A DNA stretch of 64,000 nt from Candidatus Undivivens industriae (GCA_012514745.1 JAAYZR010000015.1:7479-71478); one strand, 5' to 3'; positions 20,453 to 30,300 are shown, counted from the first letter of the stretch. The notes: generated from the letters alone by a model not told the origin. Numbers and translations: made by a program.

Positions 20453-21115
20453 ATGGCAAGGATAGCGAGATTAGTCGTGCCCGGAATCCCCCACCACATT
20501 GTGCAGAGAGGCAACAGACGCCAAGATGTTTTCTTTAACGACGATGACAGAAGGGCCTATCTTAATTATCTAAAAGCATACGCTATTCCTTCTGGGATAG
20601 AATTCCTGTCATATTGTTTAATGGATAATCACGTGCATATTATTGGTATCCCGAGTAACAAGGATAGTTTTGCCGACGGTTTCGGAGAAGCACATCGCAG
20701 GTACACAAGAATGATCAATTTTAGAAAAGGATGGAGAGGATATTTGTGGGAAGGCAGATTCAAATCGTACCCCTTAGGGGGCGCTTATTTATATGCCGCG
20801 CTTCGTTATATAGAAATGAATCCTGTAAGAGCGGAAATGGTGAAGAACGCCTGGGACTATCCATGGTCAAGCGCAAAAGCACATGTCTTGAACCACACTG
20901 ACATTTTACTAACAAATAATTGTATCGCTTCGGAAGTGGAGGACTGGAGATCTTTTCTTTCCGAAGATGACAAACAAGATCACGCCGACTTATTAGAAAC
21001 GCATTTGATGAGCGGACGGCCGTTGGGAGATAATAAATTTATCGAGAAGGTAGAAAGATTAACCGGCAAAATACTGTATAAGCAGAAACCGGGACCGAAG
21101 AAGGCTGAGGATTAA
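20453..21115 (+). CDS. REP-associated tyrosine transposase (RAYT; IS200-like Y1 HUH)
   Basis: PHHIVQRGNRRQDVF, YCLMDNHVH (HUH), LWEGRFKS, YIEMNPVRA and YPWSS motifs; AGGAGG RBS at 20441; visibly AT-richer than its neighbours; flanked by REP-A. Confidence 0.92.
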   Translation: MARIARLVVPGIPHHIVQRGNRRQDVFFNDDDRRAYLNYLKAYAIPSGIEFLSYCLMDNHVHIIGIPSNKDSFADGFGEAHRRYTRMINFRKGWRGYLWEGRFKSYPLGGAYLYAALRYIEMNPVRAEMVKNAWDYPWSSAKAHVLNHTDILLTNNCIASEVEDWRSFLSEDDKQDHADLLETHLMSGRPLGDNKFIEKVERLTGKILYKQKPGPKKAED

Positions 21116-21193
21116 TTATACGGGGATACGATACTTAATTATCGCATCTCCGGCATGAGCTGCTTAATAATTAAGTATTGTGTCCCCGGAATT
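21114..21193. repeat. REP-A doublet right of the RAYT gene (left arm is a variant)
   Basis: AATTATACGGGGATACGATACTTAATT - 28 nt - AATTAAGTATTGTGTCCCCGGAATT. Confidence 0.9.
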
Positions 21194-21196
21194 ACG

Positions 21197-21270
21197 CGCG
21201 CCTGGCAGGACTCGAACCTGCAACGCCCAGCTCCGAAGGCTGGCGCTCTATCCAATTGAGCTACAGGCGC
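21197..21270 (-). tRNA. tRNA-Arg (anticodon UCG), CCA not encoded
   Basis: GCGCCTG acceptor stem, TAGCTCAATTGGATAGAGC D-arm, CCAGC-CTTCGGA-GCTGG anticodon arm, GGTTCGAGTCC T-arm. Confidence 0.96.
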
Positions 21271-21452
21271 ATAATTAATGTGTACTTGCGCAATTCCTCA
21301 TAAGCGCAAGGTGCGCATAATTAATGTGTACTTGCGTAATTCCTCATAAACGCAAGGTACGCATAATCAATGTGTACTTGCGCAATTCCTTACAAGTGCA
21401 AGGTACGCATAATTAATGTGTACTTGCGCAATCCCTTACAAGTGCAAGGTAC
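21271..21452. repeat. 46-bp tandem hairpin array, 4 units
   Basis: Units start at 21271, 21317, 21363 and 21409: ATAATYAATGTGTACTTGCGYAATYCCTYAYAARYGCAAGGTRCGC. Confidence 0.95.
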
Positions 21453-21559
21453 TCAAAATCCAAATCTTCAGCGGCGGGCGCATAAGCGCAACGCGCGCGC
21501 ACACACGGTACTTTCATTTTTCCAGGAATCTATAACCCCGCACCCAGGGCCCGCTTGTA

Positions 21560-22294
21560 TTACACCGCCTCCGCCGACGGCCCGAGGACGCGCATAATTT
21601 CTTCTATCCTCTGTTTGTCCAAAGGAACAACGCCTTCTTCCGCCGGCTTGCGCACCGGGGAATTAACCTGTATTTTGTCCGGCTTTATGCGTTCCACGGC
21701 CTGCTTCAACCCGGCGATATCCTCCGGCGAGTCGTTAAGGCCGCGCACAAGCATTATTTCCAGCCAGATCTTACCGGGATATTCCTTCCGGAATTCCTCC
21801 AGAGCGTTTATTATATCCGTTATCCTTGTCCCGGGGACCGGCCGGTCTATCTTTTCGAAGGTTTCCTGCCTTGCCGCATCCAGGGAAGGCACCACAAGGT
21901 CGGCTGACAGGAGCTCTTTACGAACTGAAGGCGACACCAGCATGGAGGAATTGGTGATCACCGCCACCGGCAGATCTACCATTTTCTTTATATCTAAAAT
22001 CATCTCCCCCAGCTTATTGTTAAGACAGGGTTCGCCTGTGCCGGCGATGGTCACGTAACTCAGTTTGGCAGCGGTATCTTTATGCTCATCAAGCCACTCC
22101 CGCAGAGCGGAAAGTACCTGCCCGGCGGAAGAATATTCTTTTCGTTCGCCGGTCCTCATAGTCGTCCTGCCCGCCTGGCAATATACGCAGTCAAAACTGC
22201 AGGTCTTGTAAGGAGTAAGATTAATCCCCAGAGAAAGACCGAGCCTGCGGGAGTTTATCGGACCGTAGATATACAAGTTTTTGCCGCGAATCAT
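21560..22294 (-). CDS. Radical SAM protein (COG0731-like)
   Basis: YGPINSRRLGLSLG, CSFDCVYC (CxxxCxxC) and GTGEP motifs. Confidence 0.88.
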   Translation of the reverse strand: MIRGKNLYIYGPINSRRLGLSLGINLTPYKTCSFDCVYCQAGRTTMRTGERKEYSSAGQVLSALREWLDEHKDTAAKLSYVTIAGTGEPCLNNKLGEMILDIKKMVDLPVAVITNSSMLVSPSVRKELLSADLVVPSLDAARQETFEKIDRPVPGTRITDIINALEEFRKEYPGKIWLEIMLVRGLNDSPEDIAGLKQAVERIKPDKIQVNSPVRKPAEEGVVPLDKQRIEEIMRVLGPSAEAV

Positions 22295-22464
22295 GATAAA
22301 TCCGGGTTCCGGGTTATAGACGCCGGGTTCTGAAATACCGACGCACGAAAGAGGATGGGTAAGAACCGTTTCTAAACCAAAGGCATACCGGGAAGCTGTC
22401 GTTCTTCATCTGTATCAGGCTTATTGTTTACCGCGCCCCCTGTCGTTAATGAAGCTCTCTATAT

Positions 22465-22521
22465 AAAAAGAACCCCCCGGCATCCTTGGAAGACTTGAGT
22501 TTCGCATAAGGAAGCCGGGGG
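22465..22521 (-). terminator. Putative intrinsic terminator after the CBM48 gene
   Basis: CCCCCGGC...GCCGGGGG stem followed on the minus strand by TTCTTTTT. Confidence 0.55.
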
Positions 22522-22526
22522 ATGAA

Positions 22527-22802
22527 TTACTTTACTTCTATTACGGAATTCTGCGTACCGAAAGAATTTACTGCTACCGCGTTGTTATTGGGATCATTGA
22601 TCCAGTTGCCGTCCACAAAGAACTTGTATTCGTACCTGCCGGGTTTAAGCGATATTTTCGCAGACCAATTACCCTTGCTGTCTTTCTTGGCTGCCGCACC
22701 TTTCAGGTTCCAGCTGTTGAAATCTCCAGCCAAATTGACCTTCCTCGCTTTCGGCGCGTAAATCTTGAATTGTGTCGGCTTCGTTGCAACTTTTCTGACC
22801 AT
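22527..22802 (-). CDS. Stand-alone glycogen-binding (CBM48/AMPK-beta-like) domain protein
   Basis: V.LAGDFNSW...W...L.PGRYEYKFFVDGNWINDP...N; GGAGGG RBS; TTGACA-17-TAAATT promoter at 22825-22853. Confidence 0.88.
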   Translation of the reverse strand: MVRKVATKPTQFKIYAPKARKVNLAGDFNSWNLKGAAAKKDSKGNWSAKISLKPGRYEYKFFVDGNWINDPNNNAVAVNSFGTQNSVIEVK

Positions 22803-22913
22803 CTCTCCCTCCTTTTATGGATTTAATTTACACGAGTATGAGGTGGATGTCAAGATTTTTTCACCGGCTCCGCGCAGCGCAAGTCGGTGTCTCGTCTATA
22901 ATAAAGAAAAAAC

Positions 22914-23717
22914 TTATACGGCGGTGATAATAAGCCCCTTGCGCTCGGCAAGGGCGAGAGAAGCCTCCTTGTCGATAAAAAGCGTCTTGCCGGCTTCTAT
23001 CGCCAGGCACGCCGCGCCGCAGCGCAGCAATGTTTTCACGGTGCACAGGCCCACCACCGGGACGTCGAACCTGGGGTCCTGCCTGGGTTTGCTCACCTTA
23101 ACCACGGTAAAACCGCGGCCGGCTATTTTCCCGGCGCGGCGGATAAGATTATCCGTGCCTTCAAAGGCTTCCACCCCCACTATCGCACCGGATTTAACGG
23201 CCACGGTCTGCCCTATATCGAGACCGGCTACTTCTTTGGCCAGTTTAAAACCGAATTCAATATCCTTGGACTGCTCGCAGGAAGGCTCAGAGCCGCAAAG
23301 CAGGCCGCGCCCCGGCATCATCTCCCCGAGGAACGCGGTGGAATCGAGAAATTTTACGCCCGATTTCTCCAGATGCCGTATAACCGTCGAGAAAATGGTG
23401 TCCGCCCTTTTATCTTTCATGCCGGCAAACACTTCACGCAGCCCGGCGTCGCGCATCACCTCGGAGCTGAAAAGACGACCGGGAGAGATCTGCCCGGCCA
23501 TGACGACTTCATTTATACCCTCTCTTTTCATTATATCGCCGAGCCTGCCGAATTCCCGCAAACGCAGCCATACCACTTTGTCCGCGCACTTGTTTATAGC
23601 GCGCCAGGCGTCACCTTTAACGGCAAAAACGACAACTTTATACCCCCTGTCCCGCGCCGCCCGCGCGAATATGAGAGGGAATTTTCTGCTTCCTGCTATT
23701 AAACCGAGTTCGGACAT
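22914..23717 (-). CDS. lpxI: UDP-2,3-diacylglucosamine hydrolase LpxI
   Basis: GLIAGS..FP, DIGQT, VEAFEGTD and QDPRFDVPVVG motifs. Confidence 0.9.
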   Translation of the reverse strand: MSELGLIAGSRKFPLIFARAARDRGYKVVVFAVKGDAWRAINKCADKVVWLRLREFGRLGDIMKREGINEVVMAGQISPGRLFSSEVMRDAGLREVFAGMKDKRADTIFSTVIRHLEKSGVKFLDSTAFLGEMMPGRGLLCGSEPSCEQSKDIEFGFKLAKEVAGLDIGQTVAVKSGAIVGVEAFEGTDNLIRRAGKIAGRGFTVVKVSKPRQDPRFDVPVVGLCTVKTLLRCGAACLAIEAGKTLFIDKEASLALAERKGLIITAV

Positions 23718-23826
23718 ACTTTATATAAATAAGTGTAGCTATGCTTTATCATGTTCCGCGCTTCACGCCGCGCGCCGTTGGCTTTTTACCTTTTACGCGC
23801 CAAGGAGCTATTTCCCATATGTTAGA

Positions 23827-24648
23827 CTACGAATTAATCTTCTCTGTCTCATCTGCGGCGGAATGCGCCGTGCGGCAGGAACGGGCTACGCCTCTCTGCG
23901 AATTCTTTATGAAATCGATGAGGTAAGCCGTTTCTTTGGAGAGGGTGTTTTCCGCTTCGAACTTGATTGCTGCCTTGCGCAGCGGCATCCCGGAATAGAA
24001 AATTGCCCGGTAAGCCTTGTTAAGTCCGCCGACGGCTTCTCTGTGGAATCCGTTCCTGCGCAGGCCGATAAGGTTCAAGCCGTAAACGCGCGCCGGATGC
24101 CCGTCGCAGGTGGAATAAGGAGGTATGTCCTGGATCACCTTGGAACATCCGCCGAGAATGGAAAACATCCCCACGCGCACGAACTGGTGAACGGCGGTTA
24201 TGCCGCCGATTATGGCCTTATCTTCCACGCACACATGCCCGGCAAGGGTCCCGTTATTGGCCATGATACAGCCGCTGCCCACACGGCAATCGTGCGCAAC
24301 ATGGCAGTAGGCCATAAGTAAGTTGCCGTCTCCGACGACGGTCTTGCCGCCTTCACCAGTGCCGGGGTTCAAAGTGCAGTATTCCCTGATGATATTCCTG
24401 TCGCCTATAATAAGGTAACTCTTCTCGCCCTTGAATTTAAGGTCCTGGGGCCTGCTGCCGACCACCGCCCCGCTGAATATTTCGCAATCCCGGCCTATGG
24501 TCGTATTACCTTCAATGACGCAATGCGCCCCGATCCTGGTGCCCGGGTTGATAGTCACATTATCGCCGATAATGGAAAATGGTCCGACTTCCACGTCTTC
24601 AGCGAGCTTTGCCTTATCTGAAACTATGGCGGTGTTGTGTATTGACAT
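23827..24648 (-). CDS. lpxA: UDP-GlcNAc O-acyltransferase
   Basis: Hexapeptide repeats; PQDLKFKGE, HVAHDC and VHQF motifs. Confidence 0.96.
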   Translation of the reverse strand: MSIHNTAIVSDKAKLAEDVEVGPFSIIGDNVTINPGTRIGAHCVIEGNTTIGRDCEIFSGAVVGSRPQDLKFKGEKSYLIIGDRNIIREYCTLNPGTGEGGKTVVGDGNLLMAYCHVAHDCRVGSGCIMANNGTLAGHVCVEDKAIIGGITAVHQFVRVGMFSILGGCSKVIQDIPPYSTCDGHPARVYGLNLIGLRRNGFHREAVGGLNKAYRAIFYSGMPLRKAAIKFEAENTLSKETAYLIDFIKNSQRGVARSCRTAHSAADETEKINS

Positions 24649-24686
24649 ATATGCACCTTCTATATCCGGTTGTTACGCCGGGGCCC

Positions 24687-25988
24687 TTATCCGAAAGCAA
24701 ACATCAAGGTGGCTTCGGCCACCACTTTTCCATCCACGTAAGCCTTGCCGTAAACCTGCCCGGTCCTGGATTTCACTTTACCTGCCGCGACCTCCATCAC
24801 CAGCCTGTCCCCGGGCACCACTACCTTGCGAAACTTCGCGTCGTCTATAGCCATGAAATAAGCGAGCTTGCCGCGGTGCTCCTCCGAAGAAAGCATCATC
24901 ACTCCGCCGACCTGGGCCATCGCCTCCAAGATAAGCACGCCCGGCATCACGGGTTTACCGGGGAAATGCCCCTGAAAAAACGCGTCGTTGATGGTAACGT
25001 TTTTTATTCCGACCACCCGTTTGCCTTGCTCCAGATACGTAATCCTGTCCACAAGAAGGAACGGGAAACGGTGCGGCAGCACATCCATTATCGCCTGCAC
25101 ATCCATCACGCAGCCTTCTCCGGAACAAACATTCGCGCCTGCCAAGCTTTTCTGCTTTTGCTGTAATATCGACTTGACCATCCTGGCGTTAAGAGAATGG
25201 CCGCTCTTGACCGCAATTATGTGGGCCTTCAAAGGCTGTCCGAGCAGACTGAAGTCTCCGATAAGGTCGAGGACCTTGTGCCTGACGAACTCATCCGGAA
25301 ATCGCAGTGTATTGCCGACGACACCTTTTTCTCCGACGACAAGCGTGTTCTCGTAAGTCGCCCCCTTGCCCAGCCCCTGCTTCTTCAGCTCCTCGGCCTC
25401 CTCTTCCAGGCAAAAAGTCCTTGCGCCCGCAATGCCGTCGCGGAAGGACTTCTCCGTGATCTCCATATCGAAAAACTGGGAAGCCAGCATGGAATGTTCA
25501 TAATTGAGGGTGTAGGAAACCCGGAAAGTTTCGCAGGGCACAGCTACCAGGGAGACTCCGGATTCGTTAATATAAATCGGTTCCGTCAACGAATAATAAT
25601 CCCTTGGTTTGTCCAGCGTCTGTATGCCGGCTCTGTCCAGCGCCTTCAGGTATTCCAGCGCGCTGCCGTCGAGGCCGGGTAATTCCTCGCCGTCGAGTTC
25701 TACCACAAGATTGTCTATGCCGCAGGCCGACAAAGCGGCCATCATATGCTCCACGGTATGTATGCCGGCGACGCCGCTGCCGATAGTGGTGCGGCGCTTG
25801 CTGCGAGGATAAGACGAAACGCAGTCAACGCTGGCCTTCATCTCCGGCCTATCCGGCAGATCGGTCCTCACAAAGGTAACGCCGCTGTCGGCAGGCGCCG
25901 GCTTAAGCGTAACGGCGGCCTTATTTCCCGTATGCAGGCCTACGCCTGTAATAGTAATCTGCCCTTTTATAGTCTTCTGTAGATCCAT
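24687..25988 (-). CDS. lpxC: Bifunctional LpxC-FabZ
   Basis: GVGLHTG, TVEH and [10 protein letters not shown] (LpxC), fused to [11 protein letters not shown]...GHFP..PVMPGVL..EAMAQ (FabZ). Confidence 0.95.
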   Translation of the reverse strand: MDLQKTIKGQITITGVGLHTGNKAAVTLKPAPADSGVTFVRTDLPDRPEMKASVDCVSSYPRSKRRTTIGSGVAGIHTVEHMMAALSACGIDNLVVELDGEELPGLDGSALEYLKALDRAGIQTLDKPRDYYSLTEPIYINESGVSLVAVPCETFRVSYTLNYEHSMLASQFFDMEITEKSFRDGIAGARTFCLEEEAEELKKQGLGKGATYENTLVVGEKGVVGNTLRFPDEFVRHKVLDLIGDFSLLGQPLKAHIIAVKSGHSLNARMVKSILQQKQKSLAGANVCSGEGCVMDVQAIMDVLPHRFPFLLVDRITYLEQGKRVVGIKNVTINDAFFQGHFPGKPVMPGVLILEAMAQVGGVMMLSSEEHRGKLAYFMAIDDAKFRKVVVPGDRLVMEVAAGKVKSRTGQVYGKAYVDGKVVAEATLMFAFG

Positions 25989-26095
25989 TTGTCTCCCCGC
26001 CGGTTATACCTTGACGGCGTTCAAATCGCGCCTTTTATGGCGCGGATAATATAATAATAAGCAAGCCGCGGTCTTCAGACCGTGGCGGGCCGGAT

Positions 26096-27130
26096 TTATT
26101 TCAGTCTCGACTCCAACTCTTCTATCTTTTTTTTCAACTCCGCTACGGTCTTGGTGAGCTTCGGAAGGTTCTGCGCGCAGGCATTTATTCTCTGCGTGGA
26201 CATAAATTCTCTTGCCGGATACCCCGAAACCATCGTCCCCGGAGGCACCGACTTGGAGACCCCCGCCTGGGCCGTGACTATCGCTCCCTCCCCTATAACG
26301 AGGTGCCCGGCCAGCCCCGCCTGCCCGGCTATTATGGCGCCGTCGCCTATCCTGGTGCTGCCTGAGATCCCGGCCTGCGCGATGAGCAGCACGTTACTGC
26401 CGACGTTAACGTTATGCGCTATCTGCACCAGATTGTCGATCTTGGTCCCGCTGCCGATCACGGTCTTGTCGAAACGCGCGCGGTCGATGGTAACATTGGC
26501 GCCTATCTCGACGTCGTCTCCGATCACCACCGTCCCGGTCTGCGGTATTTTATGATGCGCTCCCTTCACGGTAACATATCCGAACCCATCAGAGCCGACC
26601 ACTGTCCCGCTGTGGATGATCACCCTGTCCCCGATGACGATATCTTCTCTGACCGTAACATTGGGATACAGGAGACAGCGGGCCCCGATCTTGGCCCCGT
26701 AACCGATATAACATCCGGAGTAAACAATAGTGTCGTCGCCGACGCTGGCGCCGTCTTCTATAACGGCGTAAGCGCCGACGGTAACATTCTTGCCCAGGGA
26801 CGCTCCGGGGGAGACCGCCGCCGCCGGGTGTATTCCCCGGGGATGGCGCGCTTTATTCTCTCCGAACAACTGGACTACCTGCGTGAAAGCCAGTGAAGGA
26901 TTCTCCACCCTGATCAGAGCCGCGCGCTTCGGGGGAGAGACTTGGGGAGAGGTTATTACCGCCGACGCGCCGGTTTTTTCCAGAAACGGCGCGTATTTGG
27001 GATTGGATAAAAAAGCTATGTCCCCCGGGCGTGCCTCTTCTATCCCGGAAAACCCGGTTATCTCCAGGTCTGCCGGTCCGATTACTTCGCCGCCGATAAT
27101 CTCGGCGATTTCTTTGAGGGTCTTACGCAT
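26096..27130 (-). CDS. lpxD: UDP-3-O-acylglucosamine N-acyltransferase
   Basis: GSDGFGY and [12 protein letters not shown] motifs; hexapeptide repeats. Confidence 0.96.
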   Translation of the reverse strand: MRKTLKEIAEIIGGEVIGPADLEITGFSGIEEARPGDIAFLSNPKYAPFLEKTGASAVITSPQVSPPKRAALIRVENPSLAFTQVVQLFGENKARHPRGIHPAAAVSPGASLGKNVTVGAYAVIEDGASVGDDTIVYSGCYIGYGAKIGARCLLYPNVTVREDIVIGDRVIIHSGTVVGSDGFGYVTVKGAHHKIPQTGTVVIGDDVEIGANVTIDRARFDKTVIGSGTKIDNLVQIAHNVNVGSNVLLIAQAGISGSTRIGDGAIIAGQAGLAGHLVIGEGAIVTAQAGVSKSVPPGTMVSGYPAREFMSTQRINACAQNLPKLTKTVAELKKKIEELESRLK

Positions 27131-27184
27131 AAAGCCGGGAGAAAACCCTGCGGGAGAGGGCGCCGCCCTCTCCCGCGCGGGATT

Positions 27185-27694
27185 TTATTTCTTTGTGTTG
27201 CCTTTATTGAGGGCGGCTATTATCTTATCGCTGATCTCCAGGCTCTTGGTCTGGTAAACAAGCACCCTGTCGTTGAAAACGAAGGTATATCCTTCTTTCT
27301 CCGCGTAGGCCTTCACCGCGTTCTCTATATCCTTGAGGATCTCCTTCATCTTTTCATCTTGCTCCTTGCGCAGGTCCGTCTGCTTCTGACGGTCGAATTC
27401 CTGCAGGGCCTTAACCTTGGTCTCGATGTCGCCCTTTTTGGATTCCTTCTCCTTATCGCTGAGAAGGTTGATTTTCTCCTGGAGCTGTTTGATTTCGTTG
27501 ACCTTTTTTGTCCTTTCGGCGTCGTAGGCGGACTGTTTGTCGCCGAGCACCTTATCGTAATCCTTGGTTTTGTAATACTCGTTGAATGTGCGGCTCAAGT
27601 CGATATATCCCAGTTTATCGGCTGCCGAGGCGCTGCCGGCTAACATGGCCAACACGAAAAGTCCCCCAAGAACAACCCCTATTCCCTTTTTCAT
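27185..27694 (-). CDS. skp: OmpH/Skp periplasmic chaperone
   Basis: Signal peptide, KLGYID and coiled coils; located between bamA and lpxD. Confidence 0.9.
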   Translation of the reverse strand: MKKGIGVVLGGLFVLAMLAGSASAADKLGYIDLSRTFNEYYKTKDYDKVLGDKQSAYDAERTKKVNEIKQLQEKINLLSDKEKESKKGDIETKVKALQEFDRQKQTDLRKEQDEKMKEILKDIENAVKAYAEKEGYTFVFNDRVLVYQTKSLEISDKIIAALNKGNTKK

Positions 27695-27759
27695 TTCCCC
27701 TCCTCCTTTTTTTATCCTTTGATTGTTTGTTTGGCAAGGATAGTGCCGAATTGTTTGAT

Positions 27760-27894
27760 TACATTGTTATACAAGTTTCTGATAAATGAGAATCGGGATT
27801 AGACCGAAATCGAGAACTTTCATCGAACAAATCTCGGTTTTCGATTCTCGATTACTCCGCGCGCCGGCTAAAAAAATTATTTAACAGCGCATTA
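27760..27894 (-). repeat. REP-B extended element at the bamA stop (degenerate hairpin)
   Basis: TAA-TGCGCTGTTAAATAATTT...GCGC-GGAGTAATCGAGAATCGAAAACCGAGATTT...AAGTTCTCG...TAACAATGTA, homologous to 13969-14161. Confidence 0.75.
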
Positions 27895-30300
27895 GAACCC
27901 GTGGCTCATATTGAAATGGAACCTGCCGTCGCCTCTCGAGTCCTCCCCCGAAGCCTTGTTGAGCGGGATACCGTAATCAAGCATGATCGGGCCGATAGGC
28001 GTCTTGATGCGGAAGCCTATACCAGTGCCTGCTTTCAACCCGCCGCTGCCCAATTCGTTGGCTTTTTCCCAAACATTGCCGATATCGTAGAAAAACGCCA
28101 CGCGCAGGAAATTCATCAGCGGATACGTGTATTCGGCGTTGGCAACCATTATCGCCTGACCGCCCTTAGGGTCATCATTTCCGTAGTGCGGGCCGATCTT
28201 GCGTTCCTTGTAGCCGCGGATGGTGTTGGCGCCTCCGGCGAAGTATCTTTCGTAGATCGGCACGCTGGTGCTGTCGTCATAAGGCTTAGCCACGCCCGTG
28301 CGCAGCCTTAATTCTATCACCGACTTCATGAACAGCGGCTGATAATGCGACATCCTCAAGAAAAGCTTGTAGAAATCTTTGTCTCCTCCGAACGGGCCGC
28401 CGGCGACGTCTATAGTGCCGCTGACAAGGTCCCCCCTGCGCGGGTCGAACACATTGTCCCTGCTGTCGTAGGTGAGGCCGTAACTCGTGCTACTGATATC
28501 ATATTTCCCCATTTCTTCTTCTACAAATTCTGTGTTTTTATTTAAGTCGTCGCTGGGATTACTGATCTTGATCTGCTCATACTTATACATCACGCTGCCC
28601 TTGAGATACTCGCTCAACTCCTTAGTCAGGCGCAGGTCGCCGCCGGTGACGTCTTCATCGTAGCCGTAACCGGAGTCGGAATCGCGCTCGTGCGTGCGCT
28701 TGTAAATATCGAAACCGAAAGAAACCGGATAATCGAATATCCAGGGCTGGGTAAAGCTAAGTTCATATCCCTGGGTCAGGCTGCCGATAGAGGCCCTGAT
28801 CTTCAAGTCCTGCCCGCCGCCGGTGAAATAGGGGAAATTCTTCCAGTCGAAATTCCGCTGTTCTATCTCCACGAAACCGATGAATTGGTCCACGCTGCTG
28901 TAGCCGCCGCCGAAGCTGAACATACCGGTCTTCGACTCTTTCACATCCACCACCAGGTCTTTGCGGTTAGGGACATCGGTATCATCGGTATCGTAGCTGA
29001 TCTCTTCGAAAAACCCGAGGTTCTGCAGCCTTTCCTTGCTCCTGCGCAGCTTGTCTCCGTCGAAACGGTCGCCGGGATGTATCCGCAGTTCACGACGGAT
29101 GACAATATCCCTGGTCTTGACGTTGCCGCGTATCTTGATCTTGTTCACGTAGGCGATATCGTTCTCGACTATACGGTAAAGGATATCCACGTTGCCGTTT
29201 ACCAGGCTTAAGGACGTGCTTTCCAGCACCCCGGCAAAGATGTAGCCTTTGTCGAAATACAGACCTTGGATGGAAGCGATATCTTCGTGCATCCCCTCCT
29301 GGCTGAACACCTTGCCCGGCGCGCAAACCTTGATCCTCTCCATTATGTCTTTCTGCGCGATCTCTTTGTTCCCTTCTACCTTCACGGAACCCACGAAATA
29401 TTTCCTGCCCTCGTTTATGGTGACTATGACCGACAGGGTATTACGGTGTTTGTTCGGGACCACTTCGTAGGAGACCGTCATATCGGCGTAGCCGCTGCGC
29501 CTGTAGAAATCGCGCAGCCGGTCCATATCTTCCTTTATCACTTCTTCCTTAAGTATACCGGAATTGAAAAGCCAGGCTCGCCTGGTCTTCATTATCTTTA
29601 ATATCTTGCCTTTTTTGTAGGCCTTGGCGCCGCGGACGAAAATGTCCCGTATCTTGGTCCTGATGCCTTCTTCCACCTTGAAAATGACCAGCGCCTTGCC
29701 GTTTTCTTTGTTAAAATCAACGGAATATTCGACTTTAGCGCTGCTGTAGCCGCGTTTCTCGTAAAGCGCCTTCAACGTCGCGCTGTCATCGGTCAATGTC
29801 GGATGGTCGAGATACTGCGCTTCTTTGGACTTTATCATCCCTTTAAGCTTATCCTCTTTCATACGAAGGGTTTTTACCCCTGAAAAAGAGATTTTTTCTA
29901 TAAGCGGACGCTCGTTGACTGTTATCACGAGCTTGAGCCCGCCGTTATAAGGCTTGACGTCGGTATTGATATCACTGAAAAATCCCAGCAGATACAGCCT
30001 CTTGATATCGTCGCTTACAACGTTCTCCTGGTAAAGGCCGCCGACTTTCGTTTTTATTTTGGCTATTATGGTATTGGTGCTGATGGTCTTGTTGCCGGCG
30101 ACTTCTATTGCAGTAACCTTGGAATCCGGGGATATTGTCGGAGAGTTCTCTGCCGGGGGAAGCGCTGCGGCCGGAGAAGGAGCGGCCTGCGAAACGCCGC
30201 TGCCGGCAGACTGAGAATCCTGCGCGAATACGGCGGCCGCCGTGAAAAAGACGAGAACAAAAGGTATTGCCCGGAATACATTCTTATGCGTCATATTCAA
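27892..30300 (-). CDS. bamA: Outer membrane protein assembly factor BamA
   Basis: POTRA repeats, GNVKTRD.VIRRE, IRGY and TPIGP motifs; C-terminal Phe. Confidence 0.96.
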   Translation of the reverse strand: MNMTHKNVFRAIPFVLVFFTAAAVFAQDSQSAGSGVSQAAPSPAAALPPAENSPTISPDSKVTAIEVAGNKTISTNTIIAKIKTKVGGLYQENVVSDDIKRLYLLGFFSDINTDVKPYNGGLKLVITVNERPLIEKISFSGVKTLRMKEDKLKGMIKSKEAQYLDHPTLTDDSATLKALYEKRGYSSAKVEYSVDFNKENGKALVIFKVEEGIRTKIRDIFVRGAKAYKKGKILKIMKTRRAWLFNSGILKEEVIKEDMDRLRDFYRRSGYADMTVSYEVVPNKHRNTLSVIVTINEGRKYFVGSVKVEGNKEIAQKDIMERIKVCAPGKVFSQEGMHEDIASIQGLYFDKGYIFAGVLESTSLSLVNGNVDILYRIVENDIAYVNKIKIRGNVKTRDIVIRRELRIHPGDRFDGDKLRRSKERLQNLGFFEEISYDTDDTDVPNRKDLVVDVKESKTGMFSFGGGYSSVDQFIGFVEIEQRNFDWKNFPYFTGGGQDLKIRASIGSLTQGYELSFTQPWIFDYPVSFGFDIYKRTHERDSDSGYGYDEDVTGGDLRLTKELSEYLKGSVMYKYEQIKISNPSDDLNKNTEFVEEEMGKYDISSTSYGLTYDSRDNVFDPRRGDLVSGTIDVAGGPFGGDKDFYKLFLRMSHYQPLFMKSVIELRLRTGVAKPYDDSTSVPIYERYFAGGANTIRGYKERKIGPHYGNDDPKGGQAIMVANAEYTYPLMNFLRVAFFYDIGNVWEKANELGSGGLKAGTGIGFRIKTPIGPIMLDYGIPLNKASGEDSRGDGRFHFNMSHGF

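Noticed and set aside
21197-21270. tRNA-Arg as the attachment site of an integrated element
   Set aside because: No duplicated tRNA 3' fragment and no integrase nearby; only REP-A abuts it.
21271-21452. 46-bp array as a CRISPR array
   Set aside because: The units are contiguous near-identical repeats with no unique spacers, and there are no cas genes in the window.
22765-24321. Long plus-strand ORFs (e.g. 22765-24321, 30696-31946, 35842-37149, 17064-18206)
   Set aside because: Antisense shadows of well-supported minus-strand genes in GC-rich DNA; no recognisable motifs.
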